A stretch of 64,000 nt of DNA, taken from the NCBI GenBank assembly GCA_964106915.2, contig OZ066917.1, one strand, 5' to 3'. This document shows, one piece after another, positions 50,101 to 62,300 of the stretch (the first letter of the stretch is position 1; each line of letters starts with the position of its first letter). Made by a program: the position numbers and the translations under genes. This stretch comes from Podarcis gaigeae. Its lineage: Eukaryota. Under the pieces are notes generated by a model. The model ran no database searches. It had not been told where the DNA came from and saw nothing but the letters and a program-made list of their open reading frames with translations.

Positions 50101-53100
50101 GTCAAGTTTGCTATTAGAAAGATAACCGTTTCAACAATTTTGTACAATCTCTCCATTTTATCACTTTCTATTGCTCCCCACCCCCCAGCTAATTACAGCC
50201 AAGCTTACACAGATAAGTTCCAATATGCCTTCAAGCCCTGATAGTTCATCTGATTCTTCGACTGGTTCTCCAGGCAACCATGGCAATCACTATAGTGATG
50301 GTCCAAACCCAGAAGTTGAAAGTTGCTTGCCTGGAGTTGTAAGTAAAGAACAGACACACACTCAAAATTATAGACTGAATTTTATTATCTGATATTAGGA
50401 GCTGGTATCTCATGACAGGTTTTTACTTTTATTTTAGATCATGTCACTGCATCCTAGATATATCTCGTTTCTTTGGCAAGTTGCAGACCTAGGCTGTAGC
50501 CTAAATATGCCACCTCTTAGAGATGGTGCACGGATCCTTATGAAATTGATGCCACCAGGTAAAATTTATTTTCAGTGTATTTTCTATTTATAGAAAGTGA
50601 AATGTAGAGCATCTTAGAAGCTACCTGTACAAAACAATCAAACTGCATGTTTAACTATCCAAGTTCAAAATCAGTGTGGGGATTCATCTGTGTGAGTGTT
50701 TAAAAGCAGTGCACACACACTGTTGTCCTTTCTACTCCAGAAAGTTCAAAAGCGAGTATCAAGCTGCTTTTCCTCAAACTGTTTTTGGGGTTCTTTGAAG
50801 ACACATGCTGAAAGAGGTGGTCATGGAAAATTTCTGGTGCATGCTATTTCTCCAGTTCGCAGCATTTGTCTTGGGACTGAAGCAGAATGTGATTTTCAAA
50901 GAAAAAAAGACATTCTCCATGTTCTTCAGTGCTATCTCTTCCTTTGCAGTTTCAATGTATTACACTTTCCAAAATGCTTCAGAAATCTATATTGTATTCT
51001 CTGTGAGAAGAAACATCTTTAAATTGTGCTTTTATTCCAGATAACACTACTGTAGAAAAACTAAGAGCTATTTGTTTAGACCATGCAAAACTCGGAGACA
51101 GCAGCCTTAGTCCATCCCTCGATTCTCTTTTCTTCGGCCCTTCTGCATCACAAGTGCTATATCTTACAGAGGTTAGTAATATCTCATTTTTAATATTTCG
51201 ATACTTGAAATTTTCCTTCTAGTATTATTTTTACACTGAATTCAGGGATCACACCCAAATTACAGAGTACAGTGTTACCTCTAGTTGCAGACATGATCCG
51301 TTCAGGGGTGCCATTTGCACCCCGAAAAGTCATAACTAGAGCGGCGCTTCTGCACAGAGCGCAATAGAGCATTTCTGCGTATGCACATGCGGTGAAACCT
51401 GGATGTATACACTTCTGGGTTTGCCGCGTTCTCAAGCCGAAAAGACACAACGTGAACCTAACGCAACACGAGGTGTGACTGTACTGCAAGGCCTTCCCAT
51501 AGGACTGGATTGTGGGGAAGGTTGCTCATCACAAAATGTAAAGGAAACAAATATGCAAAAACCATCCTTTCATCTTGCATTTCAGTATACTTAGTTTAAA
51601 AGTTTGCTGAATTATTTTTCCTGTTTTCTTTCTCCCACTTCTTTCCCCCTTGCAGGTAGTTTATGCCTTGTTAATGCCTGCCAATTTACCTCTGGGAGAA
51701 GATGCCACTGACTTCCAGTACAACTTCTTAAAAAGTGGTGGCTTACCTCTTGTGCTGAGTATGCTGACCAGAAATAACTTCCTGCCAAATGCAGATATGG
51801 AAACAAGAAGGGGTGCCTACCTAAATGCTCTAAAAATAGCAAAACTATTGCTAACTGCAATTGGCTATGGCCATGTGAGAGCTGTGGCGGAAGCTTGTCA
51901 GCCAGTTGTAGAGGGCACAAGCCCAATGTCACAGGTAATGTTAACTTTGTTCTTAAAACAAAATTGTGAATGCTTTATTGTGATCTGATAACCAGTAAAT
52001 ATTTAAAGCCTGATATTGACTAGTATTGCTTAATTTGTAAATGGCTGTGGAAATATATTTTTTCTCCACCATGTTAAACTTTTACAGTTGAAGATAGTAA
52101 TGTTCTTTCTTTAAAATATTGAAAATAAATTGTTCCAGATCAACCAAGCAACTCATGATCAAGCAGTGGTGTTGCAAACTGCTCTACAGAACATTCCCAA
52201 CCCAACCTCAGAGTGCATGCTAAGAAATGTAGCAATACGCCTTGCACAGCAAATATCTGATGAGGTTAGTATAATTTTCGCTATTCCCCCAGTTCCTGAT
52301 TTAGGCTTAAGGCGGTGACTTGGGGAGTGGGAGAGGAGAATCTGTACTTTCCTCAGCAGTTGCTTATATATCCTTAATGGAAGCCTGTCTCTAGTGTTTT
52401 TCTAGACATTTTTCCACCTTCGCCGCATCAAGCAGTTGGTCCCTTACCTTTCCCGCCCCGACCTGGCCACAGTGATCCATGCAACGGTCATCTCCAGGCT
52501 TGACTACTGTAATTCGCTCTATGCGGGGCTGCCCTTGAAGCTGTCCCAGAAACTCCAGTGGGTACAGAATGCTGCAGCGAGGCTCCTCACGGGGTCTCTG
52601 CCATGGGAGCATATACACCCAGTGCTTTTCAAGCTGCACTGGCTCCCGGTGGACTACAGGGTCAGATTTAAGGTGCTGATTTTGACCTTTAAAGCCCTTC
52701 ACGGCCTAGGACCCTCGTACCTACGGGACCGCCTCTCCTGGTATGCCCCACGGAGAGCCTCAAGGTCCATAAATAGCAACACCCTAGTGGTCCCAGGCCC
52801 TAAGGAAGTTAGATTGGCTTCGACCAGAGCCAGGGCCTTTTCAACTCTGGCTCCGGCCTGGTGGAACGCTCTGCCTCATGAGACCAGGGCCCTGCAGGAT
52901 CTGATTTCTTTCCGCAGGGCCTGTAAGACAGAGTTGTTCCGCCTGGCCTTTGGCTTGGAGCCAATTTGATTCCCTCCCTCTCTCTCTCTTTCCCCCCCCT
53001 TTCTTTTCCTTCTCCTCCTGTGATGAGGCTACATTTTAATATTTTAATGTTCCATTATTTTAATGTATTTTATTTTTGTTTTTAAGTTGTAACCATTCAT

Positions 53101-53161
53101 CTTGTTTTTATTATTGCTTGTAAGCCGCTCTGAGCCCGGCCTTGGCTGGGGAGGGCGGGGT

Positions 53162-53219
<58 letters not shown>

Positions 53220-56200
53220 TCCAAAATAGAAGGAGCTTCCTTGGTGGCATATGGTCACACCTTAACACTTCCTGGTTCTGTAGTTGCTGATTTGTATCCC
53301 TGTGCCAGGATACTGTCCCTTTCGAGAGGAGCACATACTTTGCATTCAGAAATCTCAGTGCCATTTTAAAAATATATGGTAGTAGGTGATGAGAGAGACT
53401 TTGGCTAGAGACCCTGGAGAACCACTTCCCAAGTTGACAGTACAGGGCCACGTGGACTTGGTATGAGCTTCATCCTCAAGTGCAATAATGTAGACTCTCG
53501 TGGATTCAGATTTGTGGGAAATGTATTAAGCATTTGCTTTTTTTACTCTTGCTCTCTATGCTTCTTTCTCCCTGTCTGAAGGAAAAACATTTGGAACAGT
53601 TATATTTGATGTTATCTTTCTATTTTTAGGCTTCAAAATATATCCCTGATATTTGTGTTATTAGAGCAGTGCAGAAAATAGTTTGGGCTTCAGGATGTGG
53701 ATCAGTACAGCTGGTATTCAGTTCAAATGAGGATATTAGTAAAATTTATGAGAAGGTAAGAAATCCTAAGCAACCTTTTCTCTCAAACTGATCTTTGATA
53801 AGGGCTATCTTAGGAAATTCAGACCTCAAGTGGCCTGTTTAGAAATTGTAAGCATTTTTATATGATTTTAAATAATTTTCATCTAATAGATTTCCGAGTT
53901 AAATCATTGATAGTTACTTTGCTGGCACTTTCGTTGAGAGAATGCCTTTATAGCTTTTAAGAAAGCACTTCAGTGTTACCTCATTGAAGCATAACTTTGT
54001 AGTAGTCTCAGTGCCTTTTTACAGTCTCATGTGGATGGAAAATTCTTGGGTTGGGGCAACTGACTAAAATGATTTAAACAGTTCTAATTTTGGTTTCTCT
54101 GTTTTGTTTGTTTCGGGTTGGTGTTGGCAGTTCTTTTAATTTGGGTCTTCTTCTTTGTCTTCATTTCTATTGATTTATTGGTTTGTTTGTTGCTTTTATA
54201 GGATATTTTTGTGTGGTTTTTTCATTTTTGATGTTTTGTTACATTTTTATATATGTTGTAAGCTGCCCAGAGTGGCTGGGGAAACCCAGCCAGATGGGCG
54301 GGATATAAATTTAAAAAATATTTTTTATTTATTACTATATTCCCCCTGACTTTTCACTAATGCCTTTCCCCTTTCGCATAATTTCAGCATTGTGTCAAAA
54401 TTCATGTTTGTATGTGTGGCTATAAATAAGATATCAGACCACATTATTATAATTATTAATTCCTGTTTCAGTTGTAGGCCTTACTCAGGCTGTAGGTTGT
54501 AGTAAGTAGATGTTTGTCCTCAGTATTGGTTTGTATCTGAAGGGAACAGTTAAGAAAATCATTAGTTCTTCTTCCATTCCTATTTTATGCTACTTATTTC
54601 TGATTAATTTTACAGACAAATGCAGGCAATGAACCAGATGCAGAAGATGAACAAGTTTGCTGTGAAGCACTCGAAGCGATGACCCTTTGTTTTGCCTTGA
54701 TTCCAACAGCGCTGGATGCACTTAGCAAAGAAAAAGCTTGGCAGACATTTATCATTGACTTGTTGTTGCACTGTCACAGCAAGTAAGTGGTTTTTTTCAT
54801 ATTACAGTTGCTGACTCCAGGTGGCAGCAGGTGACTAGATGCCCAATTCAAAGTATACTTGCTGGGCTGTGATTTCATTTGTATATCTCTAGATCATAAT
54901 GGCTATCACTATAACTGTGGTATGGTGAAGAGGCAAAAGCCCTTCTGTACAAGCAAATGTGATTGCACAGAGCTTTCACTGATAGGACTGGTTAGGTCAA
55001 TCCCGCCTAATGGATCCGGATTTTCAGCTAGAAGCCAGAGGAGAGCAGCAACAATCATGATGTCATAAACACTCGAACATTTCAGATGAAGTGTGCCCAC
55101 AACTGGCTATGTCTTATCTCTTAAAGAACGATTCTCAAATATCTATATTTGTCATTCCCCAAAACATTACAGATGTGGTGGACATCCTTGATTCTAAACT
55201 ATCAAAACCAATTTGTGGGCTATCATAGATTCCACATTTAACATTCATCAGAAAGGACAGGTGATCTCCTGTCCTTTATGGATCTGATGTTCAGGCTCTT
55301 GTTTTTGTTTTCTGTCAACTAAATAACTTATAAGTGCCATTGCATTTGGTCCTTTTTGGTTCAAGTGCCTTCACAAAACACAGCTTCGCTTGTCACCCTC
55401 CTACACCTGCAAGTCTGCATGCCCACTGCTACTTGGAAGACCCGCATCTCCAGTGGTCTTTTTGGAATCTGACAGCACCTTCTTAATGTACATTTCAAAT
55501 TAAATTCCTCTTCCCTGAATCCTAGGAACTGGGAAAGCAATGACACTCCTGATGAACATGCAGGGAAACTGTCCAGCAAATCTCAAATAAGATTTGTCTT
55601 GTTTACAAAGTATCTGTATTAATTTGATTTTTTTCTGGTTAATTTTTTTCCAGAACTGTTCGTCAGATGGCACAGGAACAGTTCTTCCTAATGGCTACCA
55701 GATGTTGTATGGGACAGAGACCTCTACTTTTCTTTATAACTCTGTTGTTCACTGTTTTAGGGGTAAGGCATTTAAAACTCTACATTGTTACTTACACTAA
55801 TGTCTATAAGAATTTCCTGCAATAGATTTTTATAGATGCTTTCCAATAGCTTAGTGCAGTTTACAAATAATACTTGAAATACAGAAATTAAGATAGTATT
55901 ATGTATTGCATTTGCTTTTCCTTTTGAGCCCCACATTCAGTGTTATGAGCCTCGAGCATTTTATCACTGATACCAGTGTCATGATTAATTCTACAATCAA
56001 CTGGAGCTGTTCCTAGATTTGAAACCAGGTCCACAAATCGGTATACACATGAAAACATTCAAGGTGGTTTGAATTTGAGCCCTTTGAGTTGCAGCCAATT
56101 GATGTAGAAAGAAGGTTGCTTTCGCAGTAGGGCATTTCCCCCCTCTGTGCCCCCAAAAGTCCCTCTTGGGGGTTGGTGGACCTTCATGAAAGGTCTGGAG

Positions 56201-59200
56201 TGTGTTGGTGGGGCACAGTGAGGCAGAATTGCTGAAACTTGGGTTGAGGCAGCTGACATTAATCTTGCTTTTGGATGCAACCCATTGGTTTTGGTTATTT
56301 AAATCTCCTACTACATTTATAATCTCCTACATTTTTGGACTGTTTGACAGATGTCTAACCTGTGATACTACAGGTATTGTTGGACTACAACTCCCATCAG
56401 CTCCCACATGGTCATTAGTTAGGGAGAGCATAGGTAAACTATGATGGCCACCAACTTGGATGGGTTTAAAAGGGGATTTGACAGATTCATGCTATCAGAG
56501 CAGTATGCACTCAGGTCATGCTTGGCGACTTTGCATAGGCCATCTGGTTGCATAGGCCAACTGTGAGAACAGGATTCTGAACTACATCAGGGGTGGGGAA
56601 CCTTGGTCCCATAGGCTAATCTTGGTCTTTCAGGTGGTCCATTTGGCCCACCAAGTTTCCCCCCGCAAATCATGGCCACCCACTCATCAGCCGTCATCAC
56701 TAGCAATGTCAGCAGATAGGTAAAAGGGCAGGATTCAATATTGCATTGGTTGTGCGATCCTGGTCCAAGCAGACAAGAGGATCACACAGCCTAGACATTA
56801 GGATTTAATCTCCACATCAGCTAATGAGCGAAGAGTAGAGATGGGAGCTAGATCCATGCAATATAAGGTATTTAAAAGGGAAAGGTGTGTGGGGGGGGGG
56901 AGAGATCTGCAAAGGTTTTTGCAAGTCTCCTCCCCAATGTCAAGTAAAGGCAGTGTGCTGGAGAAGTCTCCATGTTGTCTTTGCTTGCAAGACCCACCTC
57001 TCCCTTACATGTCAAGTGATGGAGAAGGGCTAAAGAGGTCGCCACTCTTGCTTTAAGAAACATTCTGTTTTGCTGCTAATGTAAATTACCTTTTCGAATT
57101 TACTCATGACCTCTTTCTCTTACAGAGTACTGCACGAGAACGTGCTAAGCATTCAGGGGACTACTTTACTCTATTAAGACATCTTCTTAATTATGCATAC
57201 AATAGTAATATTAATGTGCCCAATGCTGAAGTTCTGCTTAATAATGAAATAGACTGGCTTAAAAGGATTAGGGTAAGTTTTGTTGTTAGTTTTATTAATT
57301 TTACAGATTGTTTTATCTGTTAACATTTATTTTTAGTTGCCATGTTTATGAGACAGAAAGGTGGGAGCATATTTGTAATGAGTTGTAGCAGTATATATTT
57401 TCATTTTAAAGTGAGTTCCCAGAACTCGTGACACAGCATTTTTTCTTTCTTTTTCTTTTCTTTTGTTAGGATGAAGTGAAAAGAACAGGAGAAACAGGTG
57501 TAGAAGAGACTATCTTAGAAGGTCACCTTGGAGTAACAAAGGAATTATTGGCATTTCAAACTCCTGAAAAAAAGTACCATATTGGATGTGAAAAAGGAGG
57601 TGCTAATCTCATTAAAGTAAGTAATTGCTATATGTAAAAAACTAAAATCATAATGAAGTAGCTTGGTAAGGAGGAACTTGTAAACAAACATATAGATTTA
57701 ATTAAATTTGAATAATTTTTAGGAGAGCAGGAAATGGTTTTTATAGTTTATGATGGTTTATACAGTCCATCATAAAATTGCTGCTGATAATCTTGTGAGA
57801 AACCCACTTTTTGACAAATCAAAGGCAAAAGTGAATGAGATAAAGCTGGAATTCAGAACTTCTCAATTTAATGTGAGGAAGGACTTCATTGATGACTTGT
57901 CCCTTTGTACTGCCCAGGGCAGGTAGAGTTGCATGATTTAGCATTACCGTACAGTAATAGATTGGCTCAGTTCAGTGTGCTACCCATTGTGGGTTTTCTA
58001 AAACATTTCCTATGAATTTTGATCATGCTGGAGCATGGCTAAAGGACTGGAAGGGCTAGGATTGGGTGTATGTAAATTATTGAGGGCAAGTGGGCTGTTT
58101 CTTAGACTCAGGAAAATGGTGCTAGGTTTCCTTTTTGCCTTGGAATCCTTGCTCAGGCTTCCGTTCCTTCTAGCAGTTGACCCCCAAAGGTTTAAAGTCA
58201 TGAGACATTTTGTGGTGGTAGGTAATTCTGGTTCAGGTATTGCCTGTGTGATAGAACACATTTTTCTGTATGTGTTAGATGGGCCATTGAGATCTTTGGA
58301 GGGGGCCTTTTTCCGACCGCTGCTGCTGAATGAGACCCAGGCAAGGGCCTTCTCATTTGTGGTGCCCTTCTTGTGGAATTCCCTTCCTCTGGAGGTGTGT
58401 CTAGCATCATCAGTAAACACTTTGACACTCTTCACTTGGGCTTTCTTACTGGATTTTGAATCTTTTTGAGTTGTGGAATAATCTATTAAATTGTATTGTC
58501 TTGCTATTGTTTGAAGTTATGAGATGTGTTTGTAATTTTTAATCTATTTCTCATTGTGTATTTTAATTGTTTATGTGTTGACCAGTTTGCTCTTTTGAAT
58601 TAAAAACAGTATATAAATGGCAATAAAATTATGGATAACTTGATTTTTTTCCCTTTCCCTTTTTTGTTTTTCAGGAGTTAATAGATGATTTCATCTTTCC
58701 AGCCTCAAATGTTTACTTACAGTACATGAGGAATGGAGAATTGCCCGCTGAGCAGGCCATACCAGTCTGTAGTTCCCCAGCTACTATTAATGCTGGATTT
58801 GAGTTGCTAGTAGCACTTGCAGTGGGCTGTGTCCGAAATCTCAAACAAATAGTAGATACTTTGACTGAAATGTATTATATAGGCACCGCAATAACTAGTA
58901 AGTACTTTTCATATATTTTATGCTCTATTTAATATGAAGCTTATATTGATTTTAAATATTTGTCATGCTTTAGACATTATTGGAAATCAAATAATTGCAT
59001 ATATTTTTTGTTTTTCCAAAATGGTATTTTGTTTGATATCCAATGATGTAGACCCATTTGAAATCAGTGACAAGTAACAAGTCCATTAATGTCATTGAGT
59101 GTTCTAATTGACATTGGATATAACCATTTGTCTTTTCCTTGAAGTAATTGCCAGATATATTAATTATAATTCCCAAGATGAAATGCATAGAAAATAGTAT

Positions 59201-59335
59201 TGGTTGGGATGCATGCTATGCATATTGAAGCAGTTTCTGTATAGAAATAGGCATTTGTAGTAGGATTTTCCATTTCAGTAAAGGATATTACTGACATCTG
59301 AGGCTGCTTCAGAGGCACCCATTGGTCTAAGGTCG

Positions 59336-59376
<41 letters not shown>

Positions 59377-62300
59377 GTGTTTTGGGGGGGAACAGGGAAA
59401 ATACATGGAAGGATGTTCCCATTGGTGCTAAGACCCATCATAGATCTTTGAATCCTGTCCCATTTGTTTACAGGCCTAGTATAAGCAAGCTAATAAATTG
59501 ATTTACAAATCTCTCAATAATGCTAGTGATCTCTAAATAGTATAGTTATTTAAAACAGGAGTAGGCATTGTAGTGTCCAAAACACTTGATGGGCACCATG
59601 TTAACTATCCCTGATTTAAGGGGTACTCAATTTTTAGCTGCTTTTTATTGTAGGCTTCATTTTGATTAAATGCAAATATCAAATCTGAGATTTTGTGTGC
59701 CAAGGACTGGAATAAGAATATATACTTAGTAAGTCTCATTGGGACGCGGGTGGCGCTGTGGGTTAAACCACAGAGCCTAGGACTTGCCGATCAGAAGGTC
59801 GGCGGTTCGAATCCCCGTGACGCGGTGAGCTCCCGTTGCTCGGTCCCTGCTCCTGCCAACCTAGCAGTTCGAAAGCATGTTAAAGTGCAAGTAGATAAAT
59901 AGGTACCGCTCCGGCGGGAAGGTAAACGGTGTTTTCTTGTGCTGCTCTGGTTCGCCAGAGGCGGCTTAGTGATGCTGGCCACATGACCCGGAAGCTGTCT
60001 GCGGACAAACGCCGACTTCCTCGGCCTATAGAGCGAGATGAGCGCACAACCCCAGAGTCGGTCACGACTGGACCTATTGGTCAGGGGTACCCTAACCTTT
60101 ACCTTAAGTCTCATTGATCACTTGAACAGGCCTTGAAATGAACTTATTCAGTACTAGGGTATTAAGCTAATGGCTGTTAAGAAGTGTATAGTTTTATTCA
60201 GAAGCTGAGCTAATTTTCGAATACAATTGATTTCTCCTAGCTTGTGAAGCACTAACAGAATGGGAATATCTTCCACCTGTTGGACCACGACCACCAAAGG
60301 GATTTGTAGGGCTAAAAAATGCAGGTGCCACTTGCTACATGAATTCTGTCATTCAGCAGCTGTACATGATTCCTGCCATCAGGAATGGAATCCTTGCAAT
60401 TGAAGGCACAGGAAGTGACGTAGATGATGATATGTCTGGAGATGAGAAGCAAGACAACGAGGTAACACTATATTGTTCTTGACAAATTTTAATGTAGTTT
60501 AAGACTTTCCCTCCTCCCATATCTCTATACTGTATATCTAGTTATAATGGGAGATATTCAACTTTTCACATACTCAGAATTGATAGATGACTTAAAGAGA
60601 AATAAAAAGGAATTTATGGCCACTGGGGGCGGGGGGCACGGACCATAAAGTGATACTGTTTGTGAAAACCAGAGAACAATTCCAAACTGGTGCAACACAA
60701 TAGAATGCCCACTATCAAAACAATTGATATTGCTATAAATAAGCAATAGAAAGTTGGTAGTTCCATGCTGCTTTTTATTGTTTAATTAAACACAAAGATC
60801 TCAACCCATTGGGTGACACCCAAGTAAGGTCATACTCAGAGTAGTTCAATTGATTTCTGGAACTATTCTTTAATAATGTTAGTGATACATTTTATTTAGC
60901 TTTTTTATAAATTAATCTGCAGTTTTCTTTTATATTGACAGTTGTAGAAAGCGTATTTTCAATAAAATGTAGCAATTTTTGAAGAATTGATGTGCTAGTT
61001 TTCTTAAGCAAAAACAGTCATACGACACCTTAAAGACTAGCATATTGATTACGGCAGAAGCTTTTTGTTAGTCTTTAAAGTGCCATAAGACGCTTATTAT
61101 TGTCAATAAGTAATAACAATAACCCTTGGGTGGTTGTTATTAATTAAAATAACATTTTCCCCTTTTCGGTATATGAGATTTCAGTAATAAGGGTCAATTA
61201 TAATGGGTAATGGGATAAAAGTATAATGACAATAAATCATCTTGATTATATTTACTCTGAAAAAAGAGTAAAAAAAATAAACCATGAGGGCTGCTTCCCT
61301 TGAGTCTTGTTTTTGTACATGAGTATAGATGTCCACATACATAGGTGGAAGCAAGTGGGTGCAATATGCCTTTCTAGTCCTTTGAAAAGCCTCTCACAAG
61401 GGTAAGAGGAGCTTCCTATGCATGGCACTGTCATGGTGTTTTGGACTTACTGAAAAAAGTAATTGGAAAAGACTGGTGTCTGTTTCCATATCTGTAAAAA
61501 TTGCAAGCTGAACAATCCTGTTGCGTATGTATGAGAATCTTTAGGTTGCCCACCTGGACTTTGGAACTGAACTGCTTTAGTTGATGTTAGAACCTTCATA
61601 GGGTTTCATATGTACTTGCATTTAATCTGAGCTACTACTGTTATTTCTCTAGCAGACATTACTAGGTTCTGTTCATAAGGCATATTAATTTCTATTTATT
61701 TTTTTCATGCTTACCATTTATATTACATTACTTTTTTAATGATAAAAGAGCAATGTTGACCCACGGGATGAAGTATTTGGCTATCCACATCAGTATGAAG
61801 ATAAACCAAGCTTAAGTAAAACAGAAGACAGAAAAGAATACAACATAGGCGTCTTAAGACATCTCCAGGTCATCTTTGGTCACTTAGCAGCTTCTAGGTT
61901 ACAGTACTATGTACCCAGAGGGTTTTGGAAGCAATTCAGGTAAATAGGAAATTAACTTATGTTGAACTGTGTTTATGTGAAGGCTTATGATAGAAACAGT
62001 ATATGTTTAATTAAATGCAGTGGAATTTAATATATACCGTATTTTTCGCCCCATAGGCTGCACTGCCCCATAGGACGCACCTAGGTTTTTTTTGAGGGGG
62101 GCTGGCGCGGGGAGAGCCCGAGCTTCCCCCGACCCCAGCCCCCAGAACAGCCTGCTATCCACAAGGCTAGGGAGCCGTGCCGGTCTCCCCAGGCTTGCAG
62201 AGAGCGCTCTTCAGCGCGCCCCAGGCTTCAGAATGCAGGCAGCTCTGCGCAACCTTTGGGAGCCCAGTGCGAAGTCGTGCCGGTCTCGCCAGGGTTGCGC

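Noticed and set aside
52436-52969. 177-aa ORF as a nested host gene
   Set aside because: It is the C-terminus of an L2 reverse transcriptase within a truncated LINE.
60462-61748. Possible U12-type intron explaining the weak exon 32 acceptor
   Set aside because: The donor is GTAACAC, not GTATCCTT, and no TCCTTAAC branch site is visible.
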